Shown: positions 18,880 to 32,826, numbered from the stretch's first letter. The stretch: DNA of 64,000 nt from an uncultured Pseudomonadales bacterium (GCA_964502225.1 CAZCUC010000003.1:12782-76781), one strand, 5' to 3'. Notes: generated from the sequence alone by a model not told the origin. Numbers and translations: made by a program.

Positions 18880-19524
18880 TTATGGCAGACAGATATAGCA
18901 TCCAGTTGCCAAATCTGAGGATTGAGCCGTTGCACAAGTAGTATCATTGGGACATGCAACGGCGGGGAAATCACTTGGCAAAGATGCATTGCGATCAGTA
19001 TGACCAGCATTACCACATCTAGTCCAAGCTTCTTCTCTAAACGAGGCTGACTTGGGCACAAAACAGACATACGTACTCTCTCCTGACACGCCGGAGTTGT
19101 ATATCGAGAGGAAGTTAGAGGCGTTGGGATCGACAATGCGTGACGCAAACGAAGCCTTTATCTCGGCGGTACCACCACTAGATAGCACATCCAAGATATC
19201 TACTGCATCCACACCCACTGTGGTCCCGGGCACATTTAGCTCCAACAAATTATCTGATGACACTCCGCCAACCGGATCAGTCCAAGTGTTGTTACTCGCA
19301 CCATTAGTCATCCATGGATAAAACCCTTTGGCCGCATAAAACCGATCAACAGCCGAGATTAATTGCTCTGCATCAGAACGAGACCCAGTATCACGACCAC
19401 GGTTGATTTGCTCGATTGGATTAATCGACGCGAGCACCGCGACAGCCAGGATGCCTAGCACCGCAATCACGATCAGCAACTCGATCATGGTAAAACCAAA
19501 TTTTTTAATGCTACTCAACAACAT
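18880..19524 (-). CDS. Type IV pilin, probable major pilin
   Basis: '[27 protein letters not shown]'; strong SD AAGGAG; Cys-rich C-terminus. Confidence 0.88.
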   Translation of the reverse strand: MLLSSIKKFGFTMIELLIVIAVLGILAVAVLASINPIEQINRGRDTGSRSDAEQLISAVDRFYAAKGFYPWMTNGASNNTWTDPVGGVSSDNLLELNVPGTTVGVDAVDILDVLSSGGTAEIKASFASRIVDPNASNFLSIYNSGVSGESTYVCFVPKSASFREEAWTRCGNAGHTDRNASLPSDFPAVACPNDTTCATAQSSDLATGCYICLP

Positions 19525-19580
19525 ATATACTCCTTTTGAGCTCGAACTCGAACTCGATTATCTCTCTCTATAACATCATA

Positions 19581-20777
19581 TTAGAACGCACTCGTCAAGT
19601 TGTAAATTGGGACAATGATAGCCACAATCAAAAAACCTACTCCTAGTCCAAGCAGAGCCATGATCACTGGCTCCATTGCAGTCGAGAGATTCTTGATGGC
19701 ATGTTCGGATTCGTTTTCAAAATACCCAGCGACACGGTTCAAAATTTCGTCTAGTTTACCGGTTTGCTCACCCACTGACGTCATCTGCGACACAATCATC
19801 GGGAAGACCGGGTGTTTAGCCAGCGATGTAGCTAAGGGGTTACCTTTCTCGACATCTTTTGCGACCTCCTCTAGTGCTCTTCGCATCACTTCACTATCTG
19901 CCACCTCTTTTACGATCCTCAGCGACTCAACGAGTGATACACCAGCCGAGGCGAGTAGGGCTAGGGTACGGTTGAACTCGGCCATCAGTACCATCGACTT
20001 GATTTTGCCAAAGATCGGTAGCTTTAGGACAATCACGTCATACTGGTAAGCGCCAATTTTGGTATTTTTCCACTGTTTAAAGGCGTAGCTACCACCCATA
20101 ATCGCCAGTCCCATCACATACCAGAACTTGACCATAAAATCCGAAATCGAGATTAGCAGTTGCGTGACAAACGGCAGTTTGATATCAAAGTCTTTATACA
20201 TCACGGTCAGCTTGGGCAGTACAAATATCATCATCACGGTCGAGACCAAGAGCATGCCCACAAGCACAATGATCGGGTAGATCATGGCCCCCTTTGTTTT
20301 CTCGCGAAACTCCCGCTGTTTTTCCAGTGTATCGGCTAGGCGCATGAGGATCGTATCTAGCACACCCGCCGACTCTCCCGCTTTAACGAGTGCGATATAA
20401 ACCCGCGAAAAAGTCTCTGGGTGGTGCAAAAGAGAATCAGCAAAAGTTGATCCACCCTCGATCGATCGCAGTACATCTGCCACTTTGGTCTGCAAGGCCG
20501 GTGGTACTTGCATCTGGAGGATCGAGAGTGCATCGGTCAGGGGCAGTCCCGCCCCGATCATGGTCGACAACTGCCGGGTAAAGTTCACCACATCGTCAAA
20601 CTTTACTTTTTGCCCAAAAGAAAATAGCGACTTGCCTGCTCCCAGTTCGTTGAGCTCAATGATAATCAGTTTTTGGTCACGCAAAACCGTAACGGCCGCA
20701 TCCTGATTCTGGGCTTCGACAATCCCTTTTCTCAGTTCTCCCTGCTCACTGCGAGCTTTAAATCTAAATCTTTGCAT
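19581..20777 (-). CDS. pilC: Type IV pilus platform protein
   Basis: 'FTRQLSTMIGAGLPL', 'GESAGVL', 'GEQTGKL', 'EP' motifs. Confidence 0.95.
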   Translation of the reverse strand: MQRFRFKARSEQGELRKGIVEAQNQDAAVTVLRDQKLIIIELNELGAGKSLFSFGQKVKFDDVVNFTRQLSTMIGAGLPLTDALSILQMQVPPALQTKVADVLRSIEGGSTFADSLLHHPETFSRVYIALVKAGESAGVLDTILMRLADTLEKQREFREKTKGAMIYPIIVLVGMLLVSTVMMIFVLPKLTVMYKDFDIKLPFVTQLLISISDFMVKFWYVMGLAIMGGSYAFKQWKNTKIGAYQYDVIVLKLPIFGKIKSMVLMAEFNRTLALLASAGVSLVESLRIVKEVADSEVMRRALEEVAKDVEKGNPLATSLAKHPVFPMIVSQMTSVGEQTGKLDEILNRVAGYFENESEHAIKNLSTAMEPVIMALLGLGVGFLIVAIIVPIYNLTSAF

Positions 20778-20780
20778 ATA

Positions 20781-21842
20781 CTATTTTACCGCTCCCACTA
20801 ACCTGTTTAGCTCATCCACATTCAAAGCATAATCGCGCGCCGTAGTCAGACTGATTTTGCCCTCTCTATAAGCCTCAACCAGCGACATGTCGAGAGTTTT
20901 CATCCCTACATCAGTCGAGGTTTGCATCACGTTGGACAACATATGACTCTTGCCATCACGTATCAACGATCTCACGGCCGGGTTGGCAATCAAGACTTCA
21001 ACCACCGCAATCCGCTCGCCATCTTCCGAAGCAATTAGGCGCTGGGAGATGACTGCGCCAAGTGATAGGGCCAGCTGACCCCGTATTTGCTGTTGTTCTT
21101 TTTCGGGGAACACATCAACAATCCGGTCGATCGTTTGCGCCGCGGAGTTAGTATGGAGGGTGGCCAGCACGAGGTGCCCAGTCTCGGCAATAGTCAGGGC
21201 CGCCTCGATCGTCTCGTAGTCGCGCATTTCACCCACGAGCACCACATTGGGATCTTCACGCAAAACTGATTTTAGTGCCACGCCCCACGAGTGAGTATCA
21301 GCGTGTAGTTCTCTTTGCGAAATAATACTTTTTACTGGGGAGTGGACATACTCGACGGGATCTTCGATCGTGATGATATGCTCACTGCGACCTTCGTTGA
21401 TTCGTTTGATCATCGCCGCCATCGTGGTCGATTTACCATGACCTGTTGGACCAGTCACAAGTATCAATCCTTGTTTGATCTCGGTCAGTTGGCCGATAAT
21501 CGGGGGCAAGTGTAGCTCCTCTAGAGTTCTAATCTCGGCAGGAATATAGCGTAGAGCCGCGGCCACGTTGCCTTTTTCGTAATAGACATTGACCCGGAAC
21601 CTAGCTCCTCCAGGGAGCGAATGGGAAAAGTCCAGTTCTCTATCTACCTTGAGCAACTCCCGCTGTTGTTCGCTCAGGATCGAGTTGACGAGCTCCTCAC
21701 TCACAGCTGGTGTCACCACACTCGACTCAGGTACGGTAAGCAGTTTGCCGTGCAACCTAAGCATCGGGGGTACCCCGACCAAGATATGCACATCCGAAGC
21801 TTTGTACTGGACACACATCTCTAATATTTGTTTCATTTCCAT
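20781..21842 (-). CDS. pilT: Pilus retraction ATPase
   Basis: 'GPTGHGKST', 'LREDPNVVLVGEMRD', 'AVRSLIRDGK' (AIRNLIRE-like). Confidence 0.95.
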   Translation of the reverse strand: MEMKQILEMCVQYKASDVHILVGVPPMLRLHGKLLTVPESSVVTPAVSEELVNSILSEQQRELLKVDRELDFSHSLPGGARFRVNVYYEKGNVAAALRYIPAEIRTLEELHLPPIIGQLTEIKQGLILVTGPTGHGKSTTMAAMIKRINEGRSEHIITIEDPVEYVHSPVKSIISQRELHADTHSWGVALKSVLREDPNVVLVGEMRDYETIEAALTIAETGHLVLATLHTNSAAQTIDRIVDVFPEKEQQQIRGQLALSLGAVISQRLIASEDGERIAVVEVLIANPAVRSLIRDGKSHMLSNVMQTSTDVGMKTLDMSLVEAYREGKISLTTARDYALNVDELNRLVGAVK

Positions 21843-21852
21843 ATTTACTCCT

Positions 21853-23568
21853 TTATGTCTTAGCTACGCGCATAACTTCTTCTACAGAAGTCACGCCTTC
21901 TAGTACTTTGAGATATCCATCTTGTTCCATGAGCACCATCCCGTCGCTAACCGCGGCTTGTTCTATTTGCAGTGCAGGGGATCTCTCTAGAATCAGTTTA
22001 CCAATTTTCTCGGTCACTTTCAGAACTTCAAAAATAGCTATTCGTCCCTTGTATCCCGTGTCGCCACACTTTTCGCATTTTCTCCCTCGCGTCAGCATGA
22101 TCGGTTTACCACCTTGCTGAGAGACATAAGCGTCATACAAAGGGCCCAGTACTTTCTTGATTTCATCTAGGACTGGTCCTGGGGGGGCATATTTTTCGCT
22201 ACAGTTATCACAAATTTTGCGCAACACCCGTTGGGCCACCACACATGTCATCGACGAAGCCAGCAAAAACGGCTCGGCTTGCATATCTAGTAGACGGGGT
22301 AGGGCACCTGAGCTCGAGTTGGTATGCAAAGTCGAAAACACCAAATGCCCCGTGAGCGATGCTTGGATGGCTAGGTCAGCAGTCTCATTATCGCGGATCT
22401 CTCCCACCATAATAATGTTGGGATCTTGGCGCAAAAATGACCTGAGTCCGGTTGCAAAAGAGAGTCCCGCTTTGACGTTGATTTGTACTTGGTTCACCCC
22501 GTCGATTTGGTACTCAACTGGATCTTCGAGGGTCACAATATTGACTCGCGCGGTGTTTAACATGTGCAAAACTGAGTACAGAGTTGTGGTTTTACCAGAT
22601 CCCGTGGGACCGGTAATTAGGACGATGCCGTGTGGCACCTTGATCGATTCTTCCACTATTTTGAGCGCCATCCCTCGCAAACCCAGCTCGCCCAGACTCG
22701 GCACGTTGGTTGTTTTACGCAACAACCGCATCACGATTTTTTCTCCATCTACCGTGGGGAGGGACGAAACACGCAAATCCACTTCTTGGTCCTCCGCCCG
22801 GAAACTGAACCGTCCATCTTGTGGCAGGCGGCGTTCATCGATTTTTAGTTCCGCCAAGATTTTGATACGCGAGACCACTGCTTCATGGACTTTGCGTGGC
22901 AGGACTAGTTTTTCTTGCAAAATGCCGTCAATACGATACCTCACTCGGGTGTGAGTCTCGAGGGGTTCGATATGGACATCTGAGGCTCTCGCCTTGACTG
23001 CAAACTCGAGGATCGTGGCCACGATTTTGGCGATTGGCGCTTCGCGGATCACATCTCCGATTTTTTCGATGTCATATACTTTGGAGCTAGCTTCATAATC
23101 CACCGATTCCTTTAGCACTTGGCTCACTTCAGCCGACAATCCCTGGGAGTAGCGCCTTGGGATCTCCTCGTTTAGCTCCTGTGCGATCGCCATGAAAGGT
23201 TTGACTTTGGTACCTGATTTTGCCTCCAAAAACGCGATCGATTGCAGGTCGAGTGGGTTGGCCATCGCCACCGACAACATTTTCGTTTTTGTCTCAAATT
23301 CAAAGGGGAGTGCCTGGTAGTGTTCGGCCACCGATTCAGGCAGTTTGGCGAGGGCTTCGGGGGCTGAGGCTAGCTCAGTCAAGCTCACAAAGGGTACATT
23401 GTAGAGTTTGGCTTTGGCTTTTATCAGCGAGACGTTATCCACTACTCCCGATTTCTCAACCAACTCATCCAGGGACTTCCCGGTCGCGTAACTTTCCTGT
23501 TCCAGGCGCGAAAAATCGGGGTCCGACAAAAGACCATCCTTTTTGAGGATGAGGGCAAGATCCTGCAT
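21853..23568 (-). CDS. pilB: Pilus assembly ATPase
   Basis: 'ASDVHIEP', 'GPTGSGKTTT', 'LRQDPNIIMVGEIRD', tetra-Cys zinc motif. Confidence 0.95.
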   Translation of the reverse strand: MQDLALILKKDGLLSDPDFSRLEQESYATGKSLDELVEKSGVVDNVSLIKAKAKLYNVPFVSLTELASAPEALAKLPESVAEHYQALPFEFETKTKMLSVAMANPLDLQSIAFLEAKSGTKVKPFMAIAQELNEEIPRRYSQGLSAEVSQVLKESVDYEASSKVYDIEKIGDVIREAPIAKIVATILEFAVKARASDVHIEPLETHTRVRYRIDGILQEKLVLPRKVHEAVVSRIKILAELKIDERRLPQDGRFSFRAEDQEVDLRVSSLPTVDGEKIVMRLLRKTTNVPSLGELGLRGMALKIVEESIKVPHGIVLITGPTGSGKTTTLYSVLHMLNTARVNIVTLEDPVEYQIDGVNQVQINVKAGLSFATGLRSFLRQDPNIIMVGEIRDNETADLAIQASLTGHLVFSTLHTNSSSGALPRLLDMQAEPFLLASSMTCVVAQRVLRKICDNCSEKYAPPGPVLDEIKKVLGPLYDAYVSQQGGKPIMLTRGRKCEKCGDTGYKGRIAIFEVLKVTEKIGKLILERSPALQIEQAAVSDGMVLMEQDGYLKVLEGVTSVEEVMRVAKT

Positions 23569-23594
23569 GTCTCCATATTACATTAAATCTCAGT

Positions 23595-24707
23595 TCATTT
23601 GTATACTTGAGCTTTCCTCGCCAAGACATATCCAACCACTCCCAAAATTAGCGTGCCATATGTCACATGTGAGAGTGCAACCCCATGCCAAAACTGCCAG
23701 TCCGCCAGGTTTTTGATATTCAGCGCAACCAACACGTACGATATTGCCAAAGCAACCCCCATCCATCCCTTCGTTTCTCTTTGCTCACTCCACACTGCAT
23801 ATGCTCCAAGGTAGGGTATCAGGAGCCAGACAAAATAGTGTTGCCATGCCAATCCAGACCCGAGGATCATCGCCGTCACGAGCATACCAAACGCTAGCAA
23901 CTCTAGTTTAGGTTCTCGCCGATCTCGTGGCGTCACAATGTAGCCCATCCCTACCATGATTGCCAAACTCAGATAATTGATTATCCCTGCAATATTATCT
24001 CTTACACCAAGTCTTGCCAGCAAACCAGTTAGAGCCTGATTATAATAAACCTCATTCCCAAGCGTCGAAATGGATGGTATCACCTCGAAGACAAACTCCT
24101 TGACTAGAGCATAGCCCCAAATCTCTCCAGCCATTACCCATCCAGCTAGGTAGGTCGCCAGTGCAACTACGATGGTTTTGTATTTACGCTTCTTTAGATA
24201 AAACAACAACAAAACCAAGGGGGTTATTTTGATCCAAGCCGCAATTGCCAGCAAAATTCCGGCCCAACCATCACTCTTTCTCAGGTATGCATACAAACTC
24301 CCGACTAAACATGCAAGAATTACAAAATTGATCTGTCCCATCCCAAGCGTAAACTTGTAAGGGAACGACAACACAATTAGCGCTACGATCCAACTCCATT
24401 CACGTTTAGTGACTTGTGGCAATATCTTCACCATCATCCACAAGGATCCAGCCATGGCCAAAAGTGATAACACAGTCCATAGCTTCTCAGCTACTATATA
24501 CGGCATCCAAGCAATCGGCGCCAAAATAACCATGGCCGACATCGGATACTTCATGGCTATACTTGGATCTTGGTACATGCTAATACCATGCTGGAGATCC
24601 CACACAGCCTGGTAGTAAATCGCAAAATCAAATAAATGAAAAGTCCAGACAATTCTAACTACGGTAAAGATCGCAAACGCCCATATCATCCATAAAATTA
24701 GCTTCAT
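23595..24707 (-). CDS. GT-C fold glycosyltransferase (GT87/DUF2029-like)
   Basis: Multi-TM; 'DFAIYY', 'GQIN', 'WIKITP', 'YNQ', 'WQHY'; next to the pilus cluster. Confidence 0.78.
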   Translation of the reverse strand: MKLILWMIWAFAIFTVVRIVWTFHLFDFAIYYQAVWDLQHGISMYQDPSIAMKYPMSAMVILAPIAWMPYIVAEKLWTVLSLLAMAGSLWMMVKILPQVTKREWSWIVALIVLSFPYKFTLGMGQINFVILACLVGSLYAYLRKSDGWAGILLAIAAWIKITPLVLLLFYLKKRKYKTIVVALATYLAGWVMAGEIWGYALVKEFVFEVIPSISTLGNEVYYNQALTGLLARLGVRDNIAGIINYLSLAIMVGMGYIVTPRDRREPKLELLAFGMLVTAMILGSGLAWQHYFVWLLIPYLGAYAVWSEQRETKGWMGVALAISYVLVALNIKNLADWQFWHGVALSHVTYGTLILGVVGYVLARKAQVYK

Positions 24708-25064
24708 TGCTTAATTTTAGCTTATACTACTTGATATGCATGCATTTATTGTGATCGGTGGCACAAAAGATACCCGGACCAGCTACATTCAGGATTTGCT
24801 CACTACCCCCACCGAGCTCATCCATCTCTACGCCGAAAAATCCTCGCTTACCATCAAACAAGTACAAGATCTAAACACTCCCCTCAGCATCTCCGCTAGA
24901 CTACCACGTCTAGTCTGGATCGAAGAAGCCAACTTGCTCACCATCCCTGCGCAAAATGCGCTCCTCAAAATGCTCGAAGAACCTCCCGCGTCCACCAATT
25001 TTTACTTAACCCTAGACTCTGCCACCTCGCTCCTCCCGACTATTCGCTCCCGCTGTACCCTAAT

Positions 25065-27431
<2,367 letters not shown>

Positions 27432-27448
27432 AAAATGTAAAATAACAA

Positions 27449-27481
27449 GAGTGGTCCTGAGCTTGCCGAAGGACGACACTC
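27449..27481 (+). repeat. REP-like hairpin (CCTGAGCTTGCCGAAGG type)
   Basis: GAGTG-GTCCT-GAGCTTGCCGA-AGGAC-GA-CACTC between gyrB and ppa. Confidence 0.6.
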
Positions 27482-27502
27482 ATTAATATAAAGGAGGAAT
27501 AT

Positions 27503-28003
27503 ATGTCTGACCAAAATATGCAAATCAAAGTCTATATCGAGATCCCAGAAGGGAGCAAGGTCAAATACGAACGTGACGAAGAAACGGGCATGCTCATGTG
27601 TGACCGCATCCTTCACACCCCCATGAACTTCCCTGGTAACTACGGCTTTGTTCTAGATTCTATGGGCGAAGATGGCGACCCCACCGATGTCTTACTCCTC
27701 ACCTCCGAAGCTATCATTCCTGGCGTTGGCATCAAAGCCAAATTGATCGGCATGCTCGAGATGACGGACGAAGAAGGGGTAGACACCAAACTCATCGCTG
27801 TCCCAGTCCAAAAAGTCGATCCTTTGTTTGGCACCTGGAACGATGTCTCAGATATCCCAGAGCACACCAAAAACAAAATCAAGCACTTCTTTGACCACTA
27901 CAAAGATTTAGAGCCAGGCAAATTTGTCAAAACCGGTGCCTTCCTTGGTGCCGCTGAGGCCGCCAAAGTATTAGAAGCCGATATGAAAAGAGGACAGAAA
28001 TAA
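27503..28003 (+). CDS. ppa: Inorganic pyrophosphatase (family I)
   Basis: 'EIPEGSKVKYE', 'NYGF', 'EDGDPTD', 'FFDHYKDLE'. Confidence 0.95.
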   Translation: MSDQNMQIKVYIEIPEGSKVKYERDEETGMLMCDRILHTPMNFPGNYGFVLDSMGEDGDPTDVLLLTSEAIIPGVGIKAKLIGMLEMTDEEGVDTKLIAVPVQKVDPLFGTWNDVSDIPEHTKNKIKHFFDHYKDLEPGKFVKTGAFLGAAEAAKVLEADMKRGQK

Positions 28004-30784
28004 ATGGCCGATGAATCGATCTTGAAACCATTGGACTTGACCGACGAGACTGCGGAGCTGTCGTCGGTCCTCGACGAACCCGGCGATTCTGCTCCCACAA
28101 TTGAGCCAAATGAGCCTAATTCGGCAAATTTGGCTAATTCTTCCGACGTGGTTTCATCCGATCGCACCTCATTCCTCACTGTCGGTGCCCAAAAGCCTTG
28201 GGACATCGAGGAAACCAAGTTTGGCAAGATCGCGACCGTTGGTGTGGTAGACGAGATGAAAAAGTCCTACCTCGACTACGCCATGTCAGTCATCGTCTCT
28301 CGTGCCCTGCCAGACGCCCGCGATGGGCTCAAGCCCGTCCACCGTCGTATCCTCTTTGGCATGAAAGAACTCGCTCTCTTGCCACCTGCCAAATACAAGA
28401 AATGTGCTCGTATCGTTGGAGAAGTATTGGGTAAGTACCACCCCCACGGTGACACTGCCGTTTACGACGCTTTAGCTCGTCTAGCCCAAGATTTCTCTAT
28501 GCGTTACATGCTCGTGGATGGCCAGGGCAACTTCGGTTCTGTTGACGGTGACTCACCTGCCGCCATGCGTTACACCGAAGCTAGACTTGCCAAAATCACC
28601 GGAGAAATCCTCGCTGATTTAGACAAAGATACTGTGGACTGGATCGACAACTTTGACGGCACTTTCCAGGAGCCAACTGTCATGCCAGCCAAGCTCCCCA
28701 ATCTCTTGCTCATGGGCTCTGATGGTATTGCGGTCGGTATGGCCACCAAGATCCCCACCCACAACATTGGCGAGATCATCGACGCCGTCATCACTCTCAT
28801 CAAAAAAGGTGACTCACCCCGTGAAACCGAAATCAAAGACGACATCGGCATCGAATCTCGCCCCTACAAAGAACTAACCGGCGACTTCACCTCAGAAGCT
28901 ACTGTGGATGATTTGTTGGAAAGTGTCCAAGGACCCGATTTCCCCACTGGCGGTGTGATCTACGACGCCGAAGCTATCCGTGAGGTTTATGCTACCGGTA
29001 AGGGTAGGGTAGTAACAAGGGCAGTCGCCGAGATCGAAGAAACCAAATCCGGCAAATTCCAGATTGTGGTCACCGAAATCCCGTACCAGGTCAACAAAGC
29101 CAAATTGATCCAGCGCATCGCCGATCTTGTCCGCGACAAAAAACTCGATGGCATCTCCGACCTACGTGATGAGTCCGACCGCGAGGGTATGCGGATCGTG
29201 ATCGAACTAAAGAAAGCTTCTAAACCCAAATCAGTTTTAAATAATCTCTACAAACACACGGAACTGCAAAATAGCTTCCCCGCCAACATGGTCGCGCTCG
29301 ACGAGCAGGGCACGCCTCACCTCATGAACTTAAAAACCATCCTCGGTCACTACGTCAAACATCGCCAGACCGTGATCGTCCGCCGCTCACAATTCGAGCT
29401 CAAGGAAAATCGGGCGCGTATCCACATTTTAGAAGGCTATATTAAAGCGTTAGATCACCTGGACGAAGTCATCAAAACTATCCGTGCCAGCAAGGATACC
29501 GAAGAAGCCAAGGCCCAGCTCATCAAAAAGTTCGGCTTTAGCGAGATCCAAGCCGTCGCCATTCTCGACATGCAACTGCGCCGTCTCTCCGCGCTCGAAC
29601 GTAAAAAAATCGAAGACGAATACAACGCTCTCATGGTCCGTATCAACGAGCTTTTGGCACTACTCAAAGATCCCAAAGCGATCCTCTCCACGATCACCAA
29701 AGAACTCAATGAGCTCAAAGAGATCTACGGTGACCCTCGCAAAACCAAAGTCATCAAAGGTAAGCTCGGCGAGTTTAGTGAAGAAGATCTAGTCGCCGCC
29801 GAAGACAATTTGGTCGCAATTACGAGGGACGGCTATGTCAAACGCATGCCTCTCTCTACCTACCGCACTCAGCGCCGTGGAGGTAAGGGAGTCGTAGGTA
29901 TGACCACCAAAGATACCGACGAGATCCTCCACATGACGGTCGCCAATACCCACGATTTTGCGCTCTTCTTCACCAATACGGGCAAGGTCTACAGTATGCG
30001 AGTATTTGAACTCCCAGAGGGTAGTCGTACCGCCAAAGGGCAGGCCATCATCAATCTCCTCAATATCGAACAAGGCGAAATGGTTCAAGCTGTCTTGGCC
30101 GTCAACAAAGACTTACTCAAAGACAAAGGTCACTTTATCACCATGGCCACCTCAAATGGCATGATCAAAAAAACTCCGCTCTCTGAGTATGAAAGTATTA
30201 GGCAGAGCGGCAAGATCGGCATCTCTCTGCGCGATAATGACCAGCTCATCAAAGTCGAGATCAGCCACGGCCAAAACTACATTATCTTGGTTACCAAAGG
30301 CGGCAAATCCATCAAGTTCAAAGAAACCGACGTGACTGCAACCGGTCGCGACACCATGGGCGTAAAGGGTATGACTTTGAAAGCCGGCGACGCTGTAATT
30401 GCCATGGAAACCGTCGAGATTACCCCACCCAAGCCAGATGACAAAAGACGCAAGTTCTTCCGCGAGATCTTGGCTGTCACCGAGCACGGACTAGGAAAAC
30501 GTACCGACGTAGGCGAGTATCCCGAACAAAAGCGGGGAGGCCAGGGTGTCAAAGTCGCCGAGCTCTCTGAGCGCACGGGTGATATCGCCGCTGTTCGCAT
30601 GGTCACAGAAGACGATGAACAAGTCGTGATCACCACCAAGCAAGCCCAGGTCATTAAACTGCCACTCAAAAACATCAAAGTCCTCGGCCGCTCCACCCAG
30701 GGTGTCATCCTCATGCGCCCCGCCTCTGGCGACGTCGTCACTTCCGTGACCACCCTCCAGGACGCCGAGGAAGAGGAAGTATAA
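28004..30784 (+). CDS. gyrA: DNA gyrase subunit A with acidic N-terminal extension
   Basis: 'YHPHGD', 'AAMRYTE', GyrA-box 'QRRGGKG', pinwheel repeats. Confidence 0.97.
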   Translation: MADESILKPLDLTDETAELSSVLDEPGDSAPTIEPNEPNSANLANSSDVVSSDRTSFLTVGAQKPWDIEETKFGKIATVGVVDEMKKSYLDYAMSVIVSRALPDARDGLKPVHRRILFGMKELALLPPAKYKKCARIVGEVLGKYHPHGDTAVYDALARLAQDFSMRYMLVDGQGNFGSVDGDSPAAMRYTEARLAKITGEILADLDKDTVDWIDNFDGTFQEPTVMPAKLPNLLLMGSDGIAVGMATKIPTHNIGEIIDAVITLIKKGDSPRETEIKDDIGIESRPYKELTGDFTSEATVDDLLESVQGPDFPTGGVIYDAEAIREVYATGKGRVVTRAVAEIEETKSGKFQIVVTEIPYQVNKAKLIQRIADLVRDKKLDGISDLRDESDREGMRIVIELKKASKPKSVLNNLYKHTELQNSFPANMVALDEQGTPHLMNLKTILGHYVKHRQTVIVRRSQFELKENRARIHILEGYIKALDHLDEVIKTIRASKDTEEAKAQLIKKFGFSEIQAVAILDMQLRRLSALERKKIEDEYNALMVRINELLALLKDPKAILSTITKELNELKEIYGDPRKTKVIKGKLGEFSEEDLVAAEDNLVAITRDGYVKRMPLSTYRTQRRGGKGVVGMTTKDTDEILHMTVANTHDFALFFTNTGKVYSMRVFELPEGSRTAKGQAIINLLNIEQGEMVQAVLAVNKDLLKDKGHFITMATSNGMIKKTPLSEYESIRQSGKIGISLRDNDQLIKVEISHGQNYIILVTKGGKSIKFKETDVTATGRDTMGVKGMTLKAGDAVIAMETVEITPPKPDDKRRKFFREILAVTEHGLGKRTDVGEYPEQKRGGQGVKVAELSERTGDIAAVRMVTEDDEQVVITTKQAQVIKLPLKNIKVLGRSTQGVILMRPASGDVVTSVTTLQDAEEEEV

Positions 30785-31221
30785 TGAAACAAGCAATTGT
30801 AGCTTGCGCCATTATTCATCAAAAAATTGGTAATGAAATTAAAATTCTTTTAACTAAGAGAACACTGACTGCTAACTTTCTACCTGGTATTTATGAAATT
30901 CCCGGCGGACATATTGAATACGGAGAAGAGTTAGTCGCTGGGCTAGAAAGAGAACTACAGGAAGAATTAAATCTCTCGGTAAAAGTGGGTGAATTATTCA
31001 CTGCTTTTACTTATCTACACAACGATACCCATACTGTCGAACTAGCATATTTCGCAAGTCCAACATCAGACATCAAACATATTAAAGTTAAGGAAGATGA
31101 GATATCCGAAAGTCGCTGGATCAATGAAAGTGAAATTGAAACAATAGTATCAGCAAACAAAAAACCAGACGATCCAGAAATTAGTATTCTAAAAAATGCA
31201 TTTAAGAAACTATCATTATGA
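30784..31221 (+). CDS. NUDIX hydrolase
   Basis: Nudix box 'GGHIEYGEELVAGLERELQEELNL'. Confidence 0.92.
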   Translation: MKQAIVACAIIHQKIGNEIKILLTKRTLTANFLPGIYEIPGGHIEYGEELVAGLERELQEELNLSVKVGELFTAFTYLHNDTHTVELAYFASPTSDIKHIKVKEDEISESRWINESEIETIVSANKKPDDPEISILKNAFKKLSL

Positions 31222-31670
31222 CTACAATTTTTGAATCAACCAATTTTATCGTCGAGCCACATCCAAGACCAGAAGTGGACAGACTTGATGGGGGACATAT
31301 CGTCATCAACCCCAAAGTCAAGATCGAGGATCGCCAGCAGTTAACTCCCGACCAAGCCAAGGAAATGATACGACTTACAATTCTGGTAGGCGAGGCGATG
31401 AAGCGGTACTACAAATCTATCGGGATCGAGCTTCACCGCGTTAATTATCAAGACAATGGCAACTGGCGTCCAGAGCAACATTACCATCTATACGGTCGTG
31501 CCAAAACCGCCAAATATCAAAAAGCTGGCGATCCCATTATTCCCGGCCACAAAGATGAATACCAAAATCTTACGGCCAACGACGTAGCCGGCCTCCAAAG
31601 AGAAATCACTCAGCTCCTCACCGAACCAAATTACTCCGACACTTCCTGGGGATTCTCTCTAACTCAATAG
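31218..31670 (+). CDS. HIT-family protein
   Basis: 'DGGHIVINPK', 'NYQDNGNW', 'HYHLYGR'. Confidence 0.75.
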   Translation: MTTIFESTNFIVEPHPRPEVDRLDGGHIVINPKVKIEDRQQLTPDQAKEMIRLTILVGEAMKRYYKSIGIELHRVNYQDNGNWRPEQHYHLYGRAKTAKYQKAGDPIIPGHKDEYQNLTANDVAGLQREITQLLTEPNYSDTSWGFSLTQ

Positions 31671-31695
31671 GTTCAATGGTTCGAACCATTAGGCC
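31670..31695. repeat. REP-like palindrome, degenerate copy
   Basis: GGTTCAATGGTTCGAACCATTAGGCC. Confidence 0.7.
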
Positions 31696-31822
31696 TTTGT
31701 GTATTAATTATTTGAATCATCGATACAAGTTAATATCGTGATTCGAATTATGGTAGTAACTAGTATCTGTAAAGATTTTTTATATCTCCTGACTACCTAG
31801 AATAGGATATAATCCCACAATT

Positions 31823-32218
31823 ATGGAAGTTATTAAAAACGGCCAAGGTTCCCTGGAATTTAGCTATGAAAACGGCTTTATCCACATCCAGAACATTTAT
31901 GTTGGTGGAAAAAGAAGTGTTGGAAATGGTAGAGATCTGTTAGTAAAGTTTATAGAACAAGTGGGTAGGAATCAAAAAATTAGCGGGGAAATTGCACATC
32001 AAGAGACAGTTGCTATGTTGTATTCAATTTATGGCCAGCTAGCCATCGCGCAACCCAATACTTTGATCGCAATCCGAGAAATTGCAACTCTCCCCATTGT
32101 CCAAATTTTTGCTTCTGCTGAAATTGTCATTTCGGCAGTAGCACTAATCTACGTGCCAGAAATACAATCAGAGGATATCCACGAACGGTTTCACCGGCCC
32201 TTTTCAGGTCACACTTAA
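31823..32218 (+). CDS. Hypothetical protein, possible GNAT-like fold
   Basis: 'IHIQNIYV..KRSVGNGRDLL' resembles motif A; TATAAT just upstream. Confidence 0.5.
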   Translation: MEVIKNGQGSLEFSYENGFIHIQNIYVGGKRSVGNGRDLLVKFIEQVGRNQKISGEIAHQETVAMLYSIYGQLAIAQPNTLIAIREIATLPIVQIFASAEIVISAVALIYVPEIQSEDIHERFHRPFSGHT

Positions 32219-32247
32219 AAAGACAATGCTCAAGCTATAATAGCGTT

Positions 32248-32751
32248 ATGACAATCTCAATCCAAGACTACGACGCAACGGCCCCGCAACTATTTGAAGA
32301 GGCGAGGGGAGTGCTGCAAAATTTATTACCCGATGCCGAGATTCACCATGTCGGCAGTACCTCGATCCCAGGATTGGGCGGCAAAGGGATTATCGATATC
32401 ATGGTCGCAATTCCAGACTGGAAAACCAAAGCGCAGGATGGCAAAAAATTGGTGGAGCTCGGGTTTGCCCACGTCCACCCCGAGGAGAACGGTCGCATTT
32501 TTATGAGCAGGGTAGGGGAGACAGTGAAAAACGACGTCCACCTTCACCTCACCTATATCGGCAGTACCGAATACAAAAAAATGCTCGCATTCCGCGATTA
32601 TCTACGCTCACATCCCGACGAAGCTGAAAATTATCAGAAGCAAAAGCACCAGTGGCTCAAATCTGCCAGTGGTCACCGCCAGTTTTACACCGCCTCCAAA
32701 AACGACTACATTGCACAAATCCTCTCACTCGCTAAATCAGATCTATCTTAA
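32248..32751 (+). CDS. GrpB family (nucleotidyltransferase-fold) protein
   Basis: 'IHHVGSTSIPGLGGKGIIDI', 'HLH', 'FRDYLRSHP', 'YTASK'. Confidence 0.88.
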   Translation: MTISIQDYDATAPQLFEEARGVLQNLLPDAEIHHVGSTSIPGLGGKGIIDIMVAIPDWKTKAQDGKKLVELGFAHVHPEENGRIFMSRVGETVKNDVHLHLTYIGSTEYKKMLAFRDYLRSHPDEAENYQKQKHQWLKSASGHRQFYTASKNDYIAQILSLAKSDLS

Positions 32752-32757
32752 CCTAAC

Positions 32758-32783
32758 GGTTCGATGGTTCGAACCATCGAACC
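32758..32783. repeat. Perfect 26-bp REP-like palindrome
   Basis: GGTTCGATGGTTCGAACCATCGAACC. Confidence 0.85.
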
Positions 32784-32826
32784 ATCCCAATTCGTGGCAA
32801 CTTCTCGGTTGTGATACTATCATTTT

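Noticed and set aside
22157-22954. 265-aa plus-strand ORF
   Set aside because: Antisense shadow of pilB
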